Below are positions 37,798-48,539 of a DNA stretch of 64,000 bases, in pieces; positions within the stretch are counted from its first letter, which is position 1; every line of letters starts with the position of its first letter. Below the pieces are notes generated by a model. That model made no database searches, was not told the DNA's origin, and saw only the letters and a list, made by a program, of their open reading frames with translations. Position numbers and translations under genes: made by a program. This DNA is from an uncultured Gemmatimonadaceae bacterium (GTDB lineage Bacteria > Gemmatimonadota > Gemmatimonadetes > Gemmatimonadales > Gemmatimonadaceae), in NCBI GenBank assembly GCA_963751275.1, contig CAVVTZ010000007.1, forward strand, positions 864,001 to 928,000. Reading direction: 5' to 3'.

Positions 37798-40290
37798 ATG
37801 AACCCCGATCGCTCGCGCCGAATTTCCGGCAGGAATGTCGACCTGCCGGGTGAATTCCACCACGCGATCCGAACTCTTGGCCGCGCTCCAGGCTTCGCAG
37901 TCACGGTCGTGCTCACGCTCGCGCTCGGCCTTGCCGCGACGAGTACGATGTTCGAGCTGGTCGACCAAGTGCTGCTTCGGCCGTTACCGTACCGGGACGC
38001 GGATCGCCTCGTCACGCTCTTCCAGACCGGCACGTCCGGCGCCCGGCGGCTCGTCTCCTACCCGACGATGCAGGACTGGGCGCGGGACGATCAGCAATTC
38101 GCGGAGATGGCCTGGATGCGCGGGACGATGCACACGCTATCGGCGCCGGCAGGCGTGGATCGCGTCATCGCCGCCTACGTGTCGCCCGGCTTCTTCCACC
38201 TCATGGGCACCGCGCCGGCTCTCGGGCGCACCTTCGCTCCTGAGGAAGAAACGGCCAGCGGCGCCCCGGTCGTCGTGCTCTCAACCGAACTCTGGAAGCG
38301 ACTCTTCAACGCGGACTCCGGAGTGATCGGGCGAACGATCGATCTGGATGGCAGCCCCGTCGTCGTGATCGGCGTTATGCCGGAAGGGTTCGAGTATCCC
38401 TGGGGCGGCATGTGGCGCCCGCTGGCACCGGCGGCGGCGAAGGAACCGGTGATCGATCGTCGCGATTATCACGTGGACAGCCGGGCGATCGGCCGTCTCG
38501 CCCCCGGTGTGAGCATCGACGCGGCGCGCGGCGCCCTCACGATCGCCCAGCGCCGAGTCGCGGCGGCGTACCCTCATGAGGAGAGCGACTGGACCGGTGC
38601 CGCGGTGGCCCCGCTGCGCGACGAAGCCGTCGGCAATATCCGGCCCGCCCTGCTCGCGCTCGGCGGCGCTGTGGCGCTCCTCTTCCTCATCGTGTGCGTC
38701 AACGTCGCGAACTTGTCGGCGATCCGCGGCGCGTCGCGCTCGCGTGAGGTCGCGATCCGAACCGCCCTGGGAGCGAGCCGCGGCGATCTGGTTCGGGGCC
38801 TGTTCATCGAGTACTCGCTGCTCGCGGGCGCCGGCGGCGCCATCGGCATCTGGCTGTCGGTGCTGGCCGTCGGTTGGCTGCGCGCGACGGCGCCATGGGA
38901 TCTACTGCGCGTGCGAGAGATCGCGCTGGACGGTAAGACGCTCGCCGTCGCTGCGGCGATGAGCGCTCTCGTGGCGATCGTTGCCGGGGTCGTGCCCGCG
39001 CTCCGCGCGGCCTCTGAACGGGGAGCGACTTCCGGGTTGCTCGGCGCTCGAACCGGGAGTACCACCCGCCGCCATACGCACGTGCGGTCGCTGCTGACCG
39101 CGAGTCAATTCGCCCTCGCGCTGATGCTGCTCATCGGAACGGGACTGCTCATTCGAAGCTACGAACGCCTCGTGGCGGTTCCCCTCGGCTTCGATTCGCG
39201 CGGAGTCCTGGCGATCACGCTGTCTCCCGACCGCATTCCCAAGTATGCGGAGTCGCAGGCGACGCTGGCATTCTATGAGCGCATCATGGATCAGCTCCGC
39301 ACCGTTCCAGGTGTCGGGGACGCTGCCATCGTGAACTTCGTTCCCCTCGGTTCGGCGGGCATGCCCACGGCGCTCGAATTGCCAGGAAGGCCGGTGAGCG
39401 CGGACGACCAGGCGACGTATCTCACCGTCTCCGCGAATTACCTCCATACCATGGGGATCCGGCTCGTCCGCGGCCGCTGGTTCTCTCCGGCGGAGATGCG
39501 TGCGCCGGACGACGGCATCGTCGTGAGCGAATCGGTCGCGAAGCGATTCTGGCCGGGCGCCGATCCGATCGGGCAGACGATCACGATCCATCGCGTATCG
39601 CAGGATCGTGCGGACTTCGGGCGCGCCGTCCCTTCGATCGTGATCGGGGTCGTCGGCGATGTGTTGCAGTTCGGCCCGGAGTGGGGACCCGACAAGGCGG
39701 TCTATGTGCCGCTCGCGGCGGAAACGTGGCCGTGGGCGACGGTCGTGGTCCGAGCGCGGTCGTCGAGTGGTGCCATGCGGGCCGCCCTCGGTCGTGCGGT
39801 CGCCGGGGTCGACGCACAGGTGCTCGCGCCGGGATCGCCCGACGCTCTCTCGGGCTTCGAGCCCATCGAGGGCGCGCTCACGAACATGTTGGAGCCTCGG
39901 CGTTTCGTCCTCGCGTTCGTGACGGCGTTCAGTGGTTGTGCGCTCCTGCTCGCCGCGCTCGGTGTGTACGGGGTCATGAGCTACGCGGTCACGCAGCGCA
40001 CACACGAGATGGGCATCCGCATGGCGATCGGTGCGACGGCGCGCGATGTGCTGATGGTCGTGCTCACGCGAGGGATCGGGCTCGCGGTGATCGGATCTCT
40101 GGTTGGAATGGCTGGCGCCTTGGCGTTCGCGAAGGTGCTCGCGAGTCAGCTCTTCGAGACGTCTCCGGTCGATCCCGTCGTGTTCGTTCTGACGCCGGTG
40201 CTCTTGATCACTGTTGGGGCGCTGGCGTCCTACCTGCCGGCGCGCCGCGCCGCGAGCGTGGATCCGGTGATCGCGCTTCGAAGCGAGTGA
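37798..40290 (+). CDS. MacB/FtsX-type duplicated ABC permease (ADOP-like); start uncertain
   Basis: AIRTLGRAPGFAVTVVLTLALG, VLLRPLPY, REVAIRTALGASR, QRTHEMGIRMAIGA, YLPARRAASVDPVIALRSE. Confidence 0.9.
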   Translation: MNPDRSRRISGRNVDLPGEFHHAIRTLGRAPGFAVTVVLTLALGLAATSTMFELVDQVLLRPLPYRDADRLVTLFQTGTSGARRLVSYPTMQDWARDDQQFAEMAWMRGTMHTLSAPAGVDRVIAAYVSPGFFHLMGTAPALGRTFAPEEETASGAPVVVLSTELWKRLFNADSGVIGRTIDLDGSPVVVIGVMPEGFEYPWGGMWRPLAPAAAKEPVIDRRDYHVDSRAIGRLAPGVSIDAARGALTIAQRRVAAAYPHEESDWTGAAVAPLRDEAVGNIRPALLALGGAVALLFLIVCVNVANLSAIRGASRSREVAIRTALGASRGDLVRGLFIEYSLLAGAGGAIGIWLSVLAVGWLRATAPWDLLRVREIALDGKTLAVAAAMSALVAIVAGVVPALRAASERGATSGLLGARTGSTTRRHTHVRSLLTASQFALALMLLIGTGLLIRSYERLVAVPLGFDSRGVLAITLSPDRIPKYAESQATLAFYERIMDQLRTVPGVGDAAIVNFVPLGSAGMPTALELPGRPVSADDQATYLTVSANYLHTMGIRLVRGRWFSPAEMRAPDDGIVVSESVAKRFWPGADPIGQTITIHRVSQDRADFGRAVPSIVIGVVGDVLQFGPEWGPDKAVYVPLAAETWPWATVVVRARSSSGAMRAALGRAVAGVDAQVLAPGSPDALSGFEPIEGALTNMLEPRRFVLAFVTAFSGCALLLAALGVYGVMSYAVTQRTHEMGIRMAIGATARDVLMVVLTRGIGLAVIGSLVGMAGALAFAKVLASQLFETSPVDPVVFVLTPVLLITVGALASYLPARRAASVDPVIALRSE

Positions 40291-40346
40291 AGCGCCGCAT
40301 TAAGTGGTGGCTGGAGGCCGCTGTGCATTGCGGCAGAAGAGGTGAC

Positions 40347-41324
40347 GTGCGCCGCGCTGCGTCTCTCGCCCTGATCTGCGCGCTCAGTGCCTGTAGCCGG
40401 CGAGCCGAGCGTCTTGTCGCAGGGCGGTCGGACACCGTAGTCGTAAACAGCCGCGGGCCAGTCCAATTGCCGGTGGAAGCGCTGGACGTTAGAGGTCGCA
40501 GCGTTGAGCTGACAGGAGCACGCTTCGCGTGGCTTACGGGCGATACAGTGCGAGTGACGACCGGTGGACTGGTGACGTGTGCCAGGCGCGCGAACGCCAC
40601 GGTGCGTGTTTCGACCCAGAGTCTGTCCACCGACTTCGTGCTCCAGTGCCGCCCGATCCGGGACTTGCACATTCCTTGGGACATGCGGTTGGTGCTCGGA
40701 GGTCCGTCGAAGCACTTGGAGATCGCTGCGATCGGTATCGATGGTCAGCCACTCAGCACAATTGCCGGCACGGCCACGGTACGGAACAGCCGGATCGCGC
40801 GGCTCGAGGGACTCGAAGTCTTCCCAGTGAGCGTTGGAGCGACGACTGTGGACATAGACGTCGGCGACTGCTCGGACGAGATCCCGATCGAGATCGACTC
40901 ACTCGTACGCACGCCCGCCGCACTGGGGCCATTTCGCGTCTTCGCCGAGCGCGTTGAATTGGTCCCGGGAGAGGTGCGGAGTTGGCACCTTGCGCCGGGA
41001 CCCTATGAGTTGTGGCTCGCGCCGGATAGCCTCGTCGACACCGCGCGAGAGCTCGTCACTCACAACACCAACTGCGTGCAAGTTCCGGGGGAGGGGAAGC
41101 GATATCTGTGCGTTGCTCTCCAGAATGCAGCGGTCGCGCTGCGCGATACGACGCGGCCGCGAAACGGGAAGGCGCTGACTGGCGAATTGTCGATGCGCAT
41201 GGACCTTGTTCAGCCTGATGATCCGACAGATGAGGCAGCGGCTGCTACCGCTGCGAGGCGGGACGCGCATGCGTGCAAGGAGATGGAAGTGCCGCGCTAC
41301 AGCTACGTCCTGTTAGCCCGATGA
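40347..41324 (+). CDS. Hypothetical lipoprotein, beta-rich/Ig-like
   Basis: GAGG RBS, GTG start, lipobox LSAC, beta-strand-rich Cys-containing sequence. Confidence 0.6.
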   Translation: MRRAASLALICALSACSRRAERLVAGRSDTVVVNSRGPVQLPVEALDVRGRSVELTGARFAWLTGDTVRVTTGGLVTCARRANATVRVSTQSLSTDFVLQCRPIRDLHIPWDMRLVLGGPSKHLEIAAIGIDGQPLSTIAGTATVRNSRIARLEGLEVFPVSVGATTVDIDVGDCSDEIPIEIDSLVRTPAALGPFRVFAERVELVPGEVRSWHLAPGPYELWLAPDSLVDTARELVTHNTNCVQVPGEGKRYLCVALQNAAVALRDTTRPRNGKALTGELSMRMDLVQPDDPTDEAAAATAARRDAHACKEMEVPRYSYVLLAR

Positions 41325-43407
41325 AGTCGCGCCTCCTCGGGCTCTTCGTTTGCCTCGCGGCGTTCGGCGTGTATGCCGCCACGGCTTATCGTACCATCAA
41401 CTGGTGGGACGCGAGCGAGTATTCCCTCGTCGCGGTGTCGCTCGGCATTGCCCACCCGCCCGGATCCCTCTTGCTCACGTTATTGGGGTGGCTGTTTCTC
41501 CGCGTGCCGCTCGGCATCTCAGCGGCCCATCAACTCAGCCTCCTCGCCGGCGTACTAGCGGCGTCGACAGTGTATCTGACGTTCGTGATGGCGACGATGC
41601 TCGTTCGCCGTACGCAGCAACGCGATCCGATGGGGAATCCAAGCGAGTCCGTGATCCCTCTGGCCGCGGCAGCCGTCGCCAGCCTCAGCTTCGCATTCAG
41701 CCCGACTCTTTGGCTCTACGCGGTTCAGTTCACACCGTACGTGCTGAGCGGCCTCTTCAGTGCGCTGCTCCTGTTCACTCTCATTGGATGGTGGCAACAC
41801 GCCGACGACGCGCGAGGGTGGCTTTGGCTGCTTGCCTTTGCGCTGCTCCTCGGACTGGACTACAGCGTTCATCGCACGAATGCTCTGTTGGTCCCCGGTG
41901 CCGTTGCCTGGGTGATCATGCGCAAGCCGTCCACGCTGCGATCCGGAAAGGTGTGGGCGGTGTCGATCGGCGGATTGTTGGCTGGTCTGAGCGTCCAGCT
42001 GCTGCTTATCCCGATATCTCGCGCGCATCCCCTGTTCGACTTCGGGCGCACGGACAGTTGGCCGGGTTTCTACGACTATGAGTCGCTGCAGCGACTCGGC
42101 GGTGGCTTCCTTGTGAAGTTCTATCCGCGAAACGCTCCTCTCTGGACGGTGCAGGCGATGGACTTCGCCCGCGCGTTCGGAGCGAACTTTGGCTGGTGGT
42201 CTGGGCCCTGGCGAATCGTGGGTAGGCATTCTGGCCGGTATTCGCTCTGGTCGGCGCGGTCACGCTCTGGCGCCGGGATCGACGCCTGGCGTTGGCGTTC
42301 GGGATCCTTCTCGCGCTTCAGGCGGTCATGACCGTGGCATTCTTCAATATCCCGACCCATTTCTTCCGGACGTTCGACCGCCACTACCTGCCTGTATTCG
42401 TGACCTGGGCGGTCTTGCTCGTCTACGGCGCCTCGACCACCACCGAATGGCTATGGAGGAGGCTAGCGCGACGGTCGCCGAGACTGGCGATGATCGCGTT
42501 CATTCTCCCGGTGGTCCCAGCGGCGACGCAGTTGGCGCGCAACTGGCGATCGATCGACGGCTCCAAGCGGACATTCGCCCGCGACTTCGCCGTCAACATG
42601 CTGGCGGCGCTCCCGGAGCACGCCATCCTCTTCACGTTCGGCGACAACGACAGCTACCCGCTCTGGTACGAGCAAGCAGTCGAGCACGTCCGTCCGGACG
42701 TGCGAGTCTTGAATCTCTCGTTGCTCTACGCGGATTGGTACATTGGCGAGGTCGTGCGGGAAGATCCGCAGTTCCCGTTGCCGGCGGGATGGACGTTGCC
42801 GGCCATGTCTACGCCCTGGCGGGACACGACCATTATCGTATCCGTCGGACGCGCGGCGTTAGACCGCGACGTCCATGCGCCGGGCGATGGAGCCCGATCG
42901 GTCGCGTTGCACGTCGCGCCGGGCGAGGATGGGAACATCGGGCGATCAGATCTGCTGGTCGCAGCGATCGTGCAGGCCAACGCCTGGCGCCGTCCGCTCG
43001 CGACTTTCGCAGCGGTAACTCCCGCGGCGATACCCGCGCTCGCGCCGTTCGCGCGGCTTGAGGGATTGTTCTGGAGGTTCGTGCCGGAAGCGGACCCCCC
43101 ACTCGATCGCGAGACAGTGCGCACCGATCTGCTTCAGACGTACGTCTACCGCGGGTACTCGGATCCGAGCATAGCGCTGGATCTCACCGACAAGATGGTC
43201 GGCAGCATCTATTTCGATCCGCTGAAGACTCTGCTCCGCGCTGATGTCGCCGCTGGTGACTTCGCGGCGTGCGCACGCACGCGCGAACAGATGCTGAAGT
43301 GGCTTCCCCCCGCCCGACTCGGCTTGGACTCTGCGCAAACTCGCGATCTCATCCCCGAATGCAACGCCGATGCTAGCAGTTCCCGCGCGACGCTGCCAAC
43401 GCGATGA
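41321..43407 (+). CDS. DUF2723 (TMEM260-like GT-C) membrane glycosyltransferase, one frameshift near 42220-42300
   Basis: WWDASEY...LGIAHPPG in the first frame; DRHYLP and ILFTFGDNDSYPLWY...VRPDVRVLNLSLL in the second. Confidence 0.8.
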
Positions 43408-43424
43408 AAGAGATCGGAGCGATG

Positions 43425-43648
43425 ATGCTGTCCGTTATGCTGCCCGTTCAGTGCGGCATTCTACGGCATGGAGGAAAGCAGAATCCGGCAGATCGCGCGA
43501 TTCATCAATGAGTTAACGGTTTCTTGCCGTCCTTTCGCGCCGTAAGTGCACTGCTGATAAGCGTGAGGTCCGAGGTTCAACTCCTCGCAGGCCCATGGAA
43601 GCGAAGATCACGCCCCGCTTCGACTTGACCGTCGGGGCGGGGCGATTC
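43425..43648 (+). repeat. Junction unit A: diverged arm + intact tRNA-Ile 3' half + hairpin
   Basis: 43554-43598 identical to 36469-36513 (45 bp); 12-bp tandem atgctgtccgtt/atgctgcccgtt at 43425-43448. Confidence 0.9.
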
Positions 43649-43857
43649 GCATCAGTGTACGCCCGCATGGCTTCGCGAAGATGTGCGGAATTGAGCGACC
43701 GAACCAGCGCGCGGCGCCAGCTTGAATTCGTCGAGTGGCTCGCCCAACGGCCTGTCGGTAAGTTGGTCGGTCGCGCGCGGCGTCCCGACCGCTGAACGCT
43801 CGTCGCCGTGATCGTGGTGTAGGTGGCGGCGTACGTTGGATTCCCGGAGATCATCGA

Positions 43858-44487
43858 GTGGCACCAAACGCCGAACCCCGTCCATCGGAAGTAGCGCGCC
43901 GTCTCTTCGAGGCATTCGAGAGTAAGCACTGGCTCGAAGTCGCTCGGCTGACGCACGCCGATGCGCTCTCCGAGTTTCGAGAGAGACATTCTGGAATGGC
44001 GAAGGCATTCGAGGCGCGTCGCCCACTCATGGAAACGCGCCCTCCAGAGCTGCCCGAGGCCGTTGCCAAGTACTTCGACGAGATGCAGACGCGTGTTAGG
44101 GCTCAGATGGGCAATCCAATCGTCATAGGATTCGCGCGCGTGCAGAGCTTCGCGGAGCTGGAACAACTCCCGCAGGACGAGTTCTATGCGCGTTGGCTCG
44201 AGGCTTCGGCTCCGCGCCCCGAGAACTACGATGATGGCCGCGGGCCCATCTCGAGGCGCAACGTGATAGGGGAGGTGCACGAGAGCCCTACGCTCGTGCA
44301 CGTGGTCTACCGCATCCAGACCGACGTGGGTCGGTACGGCAATACCGAGGAGACGGAGGTGATTACGGCCAAGCACACGCCGGATGGCTGGCGATTGCTC
44401 ATGACCCGGGATATGTCTTCCAGCGGCTCGATGCGTTTAACCACCTTTCGCCAAGAGCCGGGTGAGGCGCAGATCGACGGAGCGTGA
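43858..44487 (+). CDS. Hypothetical protein (possibly NTF2-like)
   Basis: GGAG RBS, GTG start, 209 aa ending ...AKHTPDGWRLL..., typical of NTF2-like folds. Confidence 0.6.
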   Translation: MAPNAEPRPSEVARRLFEAFESKHWLEVARLTHADALSEFRERHSGMAKAFEARRPLMETRPPELPEAVAKYFDEMQTRVRAQMGNPIVIGFARVQSFAELEQLPQDEFYARWLEASAPRPENYDDGRGPISRRNVIGEVHESPTLVHVVYRIQTDVGRYGNTEETEVITAKHTPDGWRLLMTRDMSSSGSMRLTTFRQEPGEAQIDGA

Positions 44488-44586
44488 TGCGGGCGCAGTG
44501 GTTCGTCTCCCATGCTGAGATGCTAGGCTGCGGAATCCCTGAACGATCACTGTTAGGAAGACTGACGTTCCTCGCTGGAGGCCGGC

Positions 44587-44874
44587 ATGACCGAGCCCGT
44601 TGCTCCGACTACATCCGAAGCTTTTCGCGGTATGGCATTGCGCGCCGTGATTTGGTGCGCCGTTGCCATCCCGTGCGGCATCGGGATTAGCAGGCTTTTC
44701 ACGAGTATGCACTGGCCTGGCAAGTATTACGCGACGTCCGCTGTCATACTCAGTAACACTTTCGTCCTGAATTGGCAGCCGCGGCTTACGAGAGCGGCTT
44801 GGGTGGAGCGGGTCACAATCTGGTTGGTGATCGTCTTGATCGCGGGTTACCTCTTCACGGCGAACAATGGCTGA
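44587..44874 (+). CDS. Small membrane protein
   Basis: GGAGG RBS; three hydrophobic segments; lower GC than core genes. Confidence 0.55.
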   Translation: MTEPVAPTTSEAFRGMALRAVIWCAVAIPCGIGISRLFTSMHWPGKYYATSAVILSNTFVLNWQPRLTRAAWVERVTIWLVIVLIAGYLFTANNG

Positions 44875-44991
44875 TACGGACGCATAGAGGTAGCGCGATA
44901 AGCATTGCGTCTTAGCTTCGTTTTCCTGACCGATTGAGACCTGGAGCCGCACCTGCGACGACTGCTTGGCTACTATCAACTATACGGTGCA

Positions 44992-45417
44992 ATGGCTGGG
45001 TTGGCAGTCACCCTCTGGGCTGGCCTCCACACCGGCACTCTCCTGAGCAGCGGCACGCTCGCTCTGACTATCCCGTTCGGCCTTGTTGGTACGGCCGGCC
45101 GCTGGATGCTTCGAGGTCGAACGGGCGCCCGGCGACTCACCGCAGTTGCTCAGCTGCTGCAGATCCCGATCATTCTCTTACCACAGTTTTCTTGGAAGTT
45201 CATTGCCGGCGCTATTCTCTCGATCACGATGACTGAAGCGGAAACGCGCATGTATCTGGGCGTTGAGGCGACCTGGAGTGTTGGTCACCGTGTCCTAACG
45301 GTCGCACCAGCCGTTGGCCTGAACATTCTTCCTCTGATCGCGCTAGGCTGCCTCTTTCTTGTGAAGCCGCCGCCCACGATTCACGACGGGCTAACTTCCG
45401 TTTCAGCCGACCGCTGA
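44992..45417 (+). CDS. Membrane protein (start uncertain)
   Basis: Hydrophobic ORF with QLLQIP and VGLNILPL segments. Confidence 0.5.
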   Translation: MAGLAVTLWAGLHTGTLLSSGTLALTIPFGLVGTAGRWMLRGRTGARRLTAVAQLLQIPIILLPQFSWKFIAGAILSITMTEAETRMYLGVEATWSVGHRVLTVAPAVGLNILPLIALGCLFLVKPPPTIHDGLTSVSADR

Positions 45418-45630
45418 GCTATGGAGTGCGCGCGTCGCTTGCGCGATCGCATCGCCCGCAGCTGAGCGCACTTTGTCAGCTGACCTCTCGGGACCCTATC
45501 GAATGCCCATATCGCGGGACGCAACTTGACGTAGCCCCCGCAAACGGGACCAACTAGTCTGGGTTCTGCGATAGGTTGGTCGTGCAGGCTCGACGGATGA
45601 AGGTCCGTGACCGCCGTGACCGCCGTGACC

Positions 45631-45874
45631 GTGGTGTAAGTTGTGGTGTAAGTTGGACCCGGCATCCTGCCGAATCGAGGGCCCAAAGTCCGGGCAGATC
45701 GCGCGATCCGCTCTATGAAAGACGGCATCGTGCCGGACTTCGGCCTACTATAGAAAGGCCTGATAAGCGTGAGGTCCGAGGTGGAGCTTCGCTCTCCTGC
45801 GGATCAACTCCTCGCAGGCCCATACGTCCGAAGATCACGCCCCGCTCGAGCTTAGCGCTCGGGCGGGGCGTTTC
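45631..45874 (+). repeat. Junction unit B: arm repeats + tRNA-Ile 3' half with 21-nt insertion + hairpin
   Basis: gtggtgtaagtt x2 (45631-45654); tRNA fragment 45758-45822 with insertion 45783-45803. Confidence 0.92.
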
Positions 45875-45932
45875 GTTTCCGGCGTTGCCTATCTACCCGG
45901 TCTCTTCCATTGCGCAACAGTCATCCTGGGAG

Positions 45933-45961
45933 TTGCGAAGTGTATATGTCCATCGTATACT
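45933..45961 (+). promoter_or_regulatory. Promoter/operator of the TA operon (probably leaderless transcript)
   Basis: TTGCGA-17 bp-TATACT, 6 nt before the GTG start; overlapping GTATA-N9-TATAC inverted repeat. Confidence 0.65.
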
Positions 45962-45967
45962 TTAGCC

Positions 45968-46276
45968 GTGCCTGATCTGGACGAATTGCTCGCCGGAATG
46001 GAAGGATTCCAGTGGGACGCTGGCAACACGGACAAGAACGTGCTCGGCCACGATGTCACCCGATCGGAAGCCGAGGAGATGTTCTTTCACGCGCCGGTCG
46101 TCTTGCTCGAGGACGCCAAGCATTCCGTCGCCGAGTCGCGCTTCTTGATCTACGGCCCGACGAACGCCGGGCGCCTGCTGACAGCCGCGTTCGTCATAAG
46201 GGGTAAACGCATTCGAGTCATTTCGGTTCGCGACATGAGCCGCCAGGAGCGCCGCCGCTATGCCAAAACGCCATAA
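45968..46276 (+). CDS. brnT: BrnT family toxin
   Basis: FQWDAGNTDKNVLGHDV...EAEEMF...HSVAESRF...IRVISVRDMSRQERRRY. Confidence 0.9.
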   Translation: MPDLDELLAGMEGFQWDAGNTDKNVLGHDVTRSEAEEMFFHAPVVLLEDAKHSVAESRFLIYGPTNAGRLLTAAFVIRGKRIRVISVRDMSRQERRRYAKTP

Positions 46277-46577
46277 GAAGCTGAAGCCGATCCCGCATTT
46301 TCGCTCGGACGAAGAGGCCGGCAAGTTCTGGATGACGCACGACACGACGGCGTACGCGGACTGGAGCAAAGCACGCTTCGTCTCCTTCCCAAGCCTCCGG
46401 CCGTCGACGGCCACAATCTCGTTGCGGCTGCCTCAAAGCCTCCTCGATGAGCTTCGGACGCTGGCGAATCAACGCGATGTGCCGTATCAGTCGCTCCTCA
46501 AGGTCTATCTCGCGGAGCGCATCGCGCAGGAGCGCCGTCCCGTGCACCCGCGACGGCGTTCGCGCGCGAGCGCCTAG
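46260..46577 (+). CDS. brnA: BrnA/CopG-type antitoxin
   Basis: IPHFRSDEEAGKFWMTHD...TISLRLP...RDVPYQSLLKVYLAERI ribbon-helix-helix. Confidence 0.88.
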   Translation: MPKRHKKLKPIPHFRSDEEAGKFWMTHDTTAYADWSKARFVSFPSLRPSTATISLRLPQSLLDELRTLANQRDVPYQSLLKVYLAERIAQERRPVHPRRRSRASA

Positions 46578-46586
46578 CAGGCCCAT

Positions 46587-46940
46587 GCGCCTGTTCGTAC
46601 GCCGTCCGGCGCTCGCCACTACGCAATGGCGCTATCGATCATGGTCGGTGGTGGCATCGCCAATCTGCTGGATCTTCTCCTCCACGGCTCCGTGACGGAC
46701 TTCATCGTGCTTCGAGTCCTTGGATATCGATTTGGCATCTTCAACCTGGCCGACATTGCGATCGTGTTCGGGGGCCTGCTATTCCTGTTCCTGCGCATAC
46801 GTGACGGGATTCGGGAGGAGGGTTGGCGCAGGGCGCTCTTCTCATTCTCATTGTCGCCAGATGTGTTGCTTCTGCCTCCGTCCATGCGGCCGGCGAAGCG
46901 CCCAAGCACGCCTCCTCCGACCAGCGGTCCCGGGCGATAG
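46587..46940 (+). pseudogene. lspA: N-terminally truncated lipoprotein signal peptidase II fragment
   Basis: GGGIANLLD...GSVTDFI...GIFNLADIAI motifs; the N-terminal half is missing. Confidence 0.7.
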
Positions 46941-47004
46941 GTAATGAGTGGCGATCCATCGGCCTGGATCGAGAGGCCGGAACGCCGGGTGTCGTAGGGC
47001 CGCC

Positions 47005-47249
47005 GCGGTGTAAGTCGCGGTGTGAGTTCAACCCGGCATCCTGCTGTGTCTCGAGTCCGAAGTCCGGGCAGATCGCGCGATCCGCTCTATGAAACACGGC
47101 ATCGTGCCGGACTTCGACCTACTGTAGAATGGCCTGATAAGCGTGAGGTCCGAGGTGGAGCTTCGCTCTCCTGCGGATCAACTCCTCGCAGGCCCATTCG
47201 AGTGAAGACTGCGCCCCGCTTCGACTCAACCGTCGAGGCGGGGCGTTTC
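47005..47249 (+). repeat. Junction unit C
   Basis: gcggtgtaagtc/gcggtgtgagtt; tRNA fragment 47132-47196 with the same insertion at 47157-47177; hairpin. Confidence 0.92.
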
Positions 47250-47324
47250 GTTATGAGGACTCGGGCCGAGTGTCGCTCAGGTCTGGCCTGCTAAGAACCG
47301 TTCACCCGTCGGCCGCAACGACGG

Positions 47325-47489
47325 TTAGGCAGCTGCTCGGATGCGCAGCGCGAGGACGACAAACAGAGCACCGGATGCGAACAACCCCAGGGCACGCAGG
47401 AGATGTCCCGACGAAACGGCGAGTGCGGCAACCACCGCGAATGCTACTGCAACAACATAGGCCAACCACAACTGTGCGTTCTTGCCCAT
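47325..47489 (-). CDS. 54-aa membrane protein
   Basis: Manual translation MGKNAQLWLAYVVAVAFAVVAALAVSSGHLLRALGLFASGALFVVLALRIRAAA; GGAG RBS; stop lies within GCCTAAC. Confidence 0.55.
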   Translation of the reverse strand: MGKNAQLWLAYVVAVAFAVVAALAVSSGHLLRALGLFASGALFVVLALRIRAAA

Positions 47490-47818
47490 AGTCGTACTCC
47501 TGCGCTCGGAGTCTGTCTATCGCGGATGATGCGGCGCTCGGCACGTGGGCGCAAGGAAGATCTCTCTGACTCGAGGGGAAATCGTTAGCTGATGGAGGTG
47601 AGCGGCGGAACGACGGTGATCGGCGTGACCGCCGTTCTCACGGTCCATGTGCGGCTTCAGCGGGGTGCCCCGGAGCGTGTGCAAGCCGCGAGGTGCGATT
47701 CGTCTCCCTGCTGGGTGACTCTGGTCCGAGCCACGCCGCCGTCCGCGAGCCACCCCGCGCGGCAGAATACGGGAGATGCCGCGGGCGTTGCGACGTCGAT
47801 CGAGCCTCGGGTGGCATT

Positions 47819-48481
47819 GTGAGCGCCGAGTCCGCCCTTGACGCTCGCGGGAGCGCACGGATTTCGACCCTCGAACTGTTCGGCCTGCTGTGCGCGGCTA
47901 CACTCGCGATGGCATTCTACACCAACGAGGTGGTCCTCACTCGCGACGCATACCACTCGATGCTGGGCGGTCAACTGGATGCGAGTCGCATTGATGTCCT
48001 CTACCAGCTCACCCGCAAGATGCAGGTCCTCGGATATGTGCTCGCGCCGCTCTTCCTGGCGCTCCAGCTTTGGTTCCTGGCGTTCGTCGTACAGTTGTGC
48101 GCCCTCCTCTTCGGGAATGAAGTCGCGTTGGGCGCGATGTTCCGGCTCAGTGTCGTCGCGCGTTTCGCGATCCTCGCTGACACGGCCGCGCGCTCCTTCT
48201 GGCTCGGCACGATGCCGGCGTCGAGCGTGACCAAAGAGATGCTGAGTGTCGTGCCCTGGTCGTTCGCCGGGCTCTTCATGCGACCGGAGGATGCGCTCAG
48301 CCCTTCCTATGCGTTCGCCGCGGCGATCAATCCTGCGGAGCTCGCTTGGTGCTTGATCATGGTCGTCGGCCTGGCGCGGGGCGCCAAGATGACGATGGCG
48401 CGATCCGCGGCCGTCGTCGGTGGAATCTGGCTCGCCGCGCAGCTCATGAGCTACGTTCTGAGATCGTTCCTGACGCCATAG
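47819..48481 (+). CDS. Yip1-like multi-pass membrane protein (start uncertain)
   Basis: Five hydrophobic segments; upstream of an ABC ATPase/permease pair. Confidence 0.6.
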   Translation: MSAESALDARGSARISTLELFGLLCAATLAMAFYTNEVVLTRDAYHSMLGGQLDASRIDVLYQLTRKMQVLGYVLAPLFLALQLWFLAFVVQLCALLFGNEVALGAMFRLSVVARFAILADTAARSFWLGTMPASSVTKEMLSVVPWSFAGLFMRPEDALSPSYAFAAAINPAELAWCLIMVVGLARGAKMTMARSAAVVGGIWLAAQLMSYVLRSFLTP

Positions 48482-48539
48482 CATGCGCCGCACTGTCGCG
48501 CGGGCCGTTGAATCCATCTATGCTGAGGCTCGTTGAATC

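Noticed and set aside
47270..47588. Cys-rich RiPP precursor ORFs near the ABC exporter (47302-47544, 47403-47588)
   Set aside because: They overlap the better-supported 54-aa membrane ORF with RBS; no leader motif or modifying enzymes nearby.
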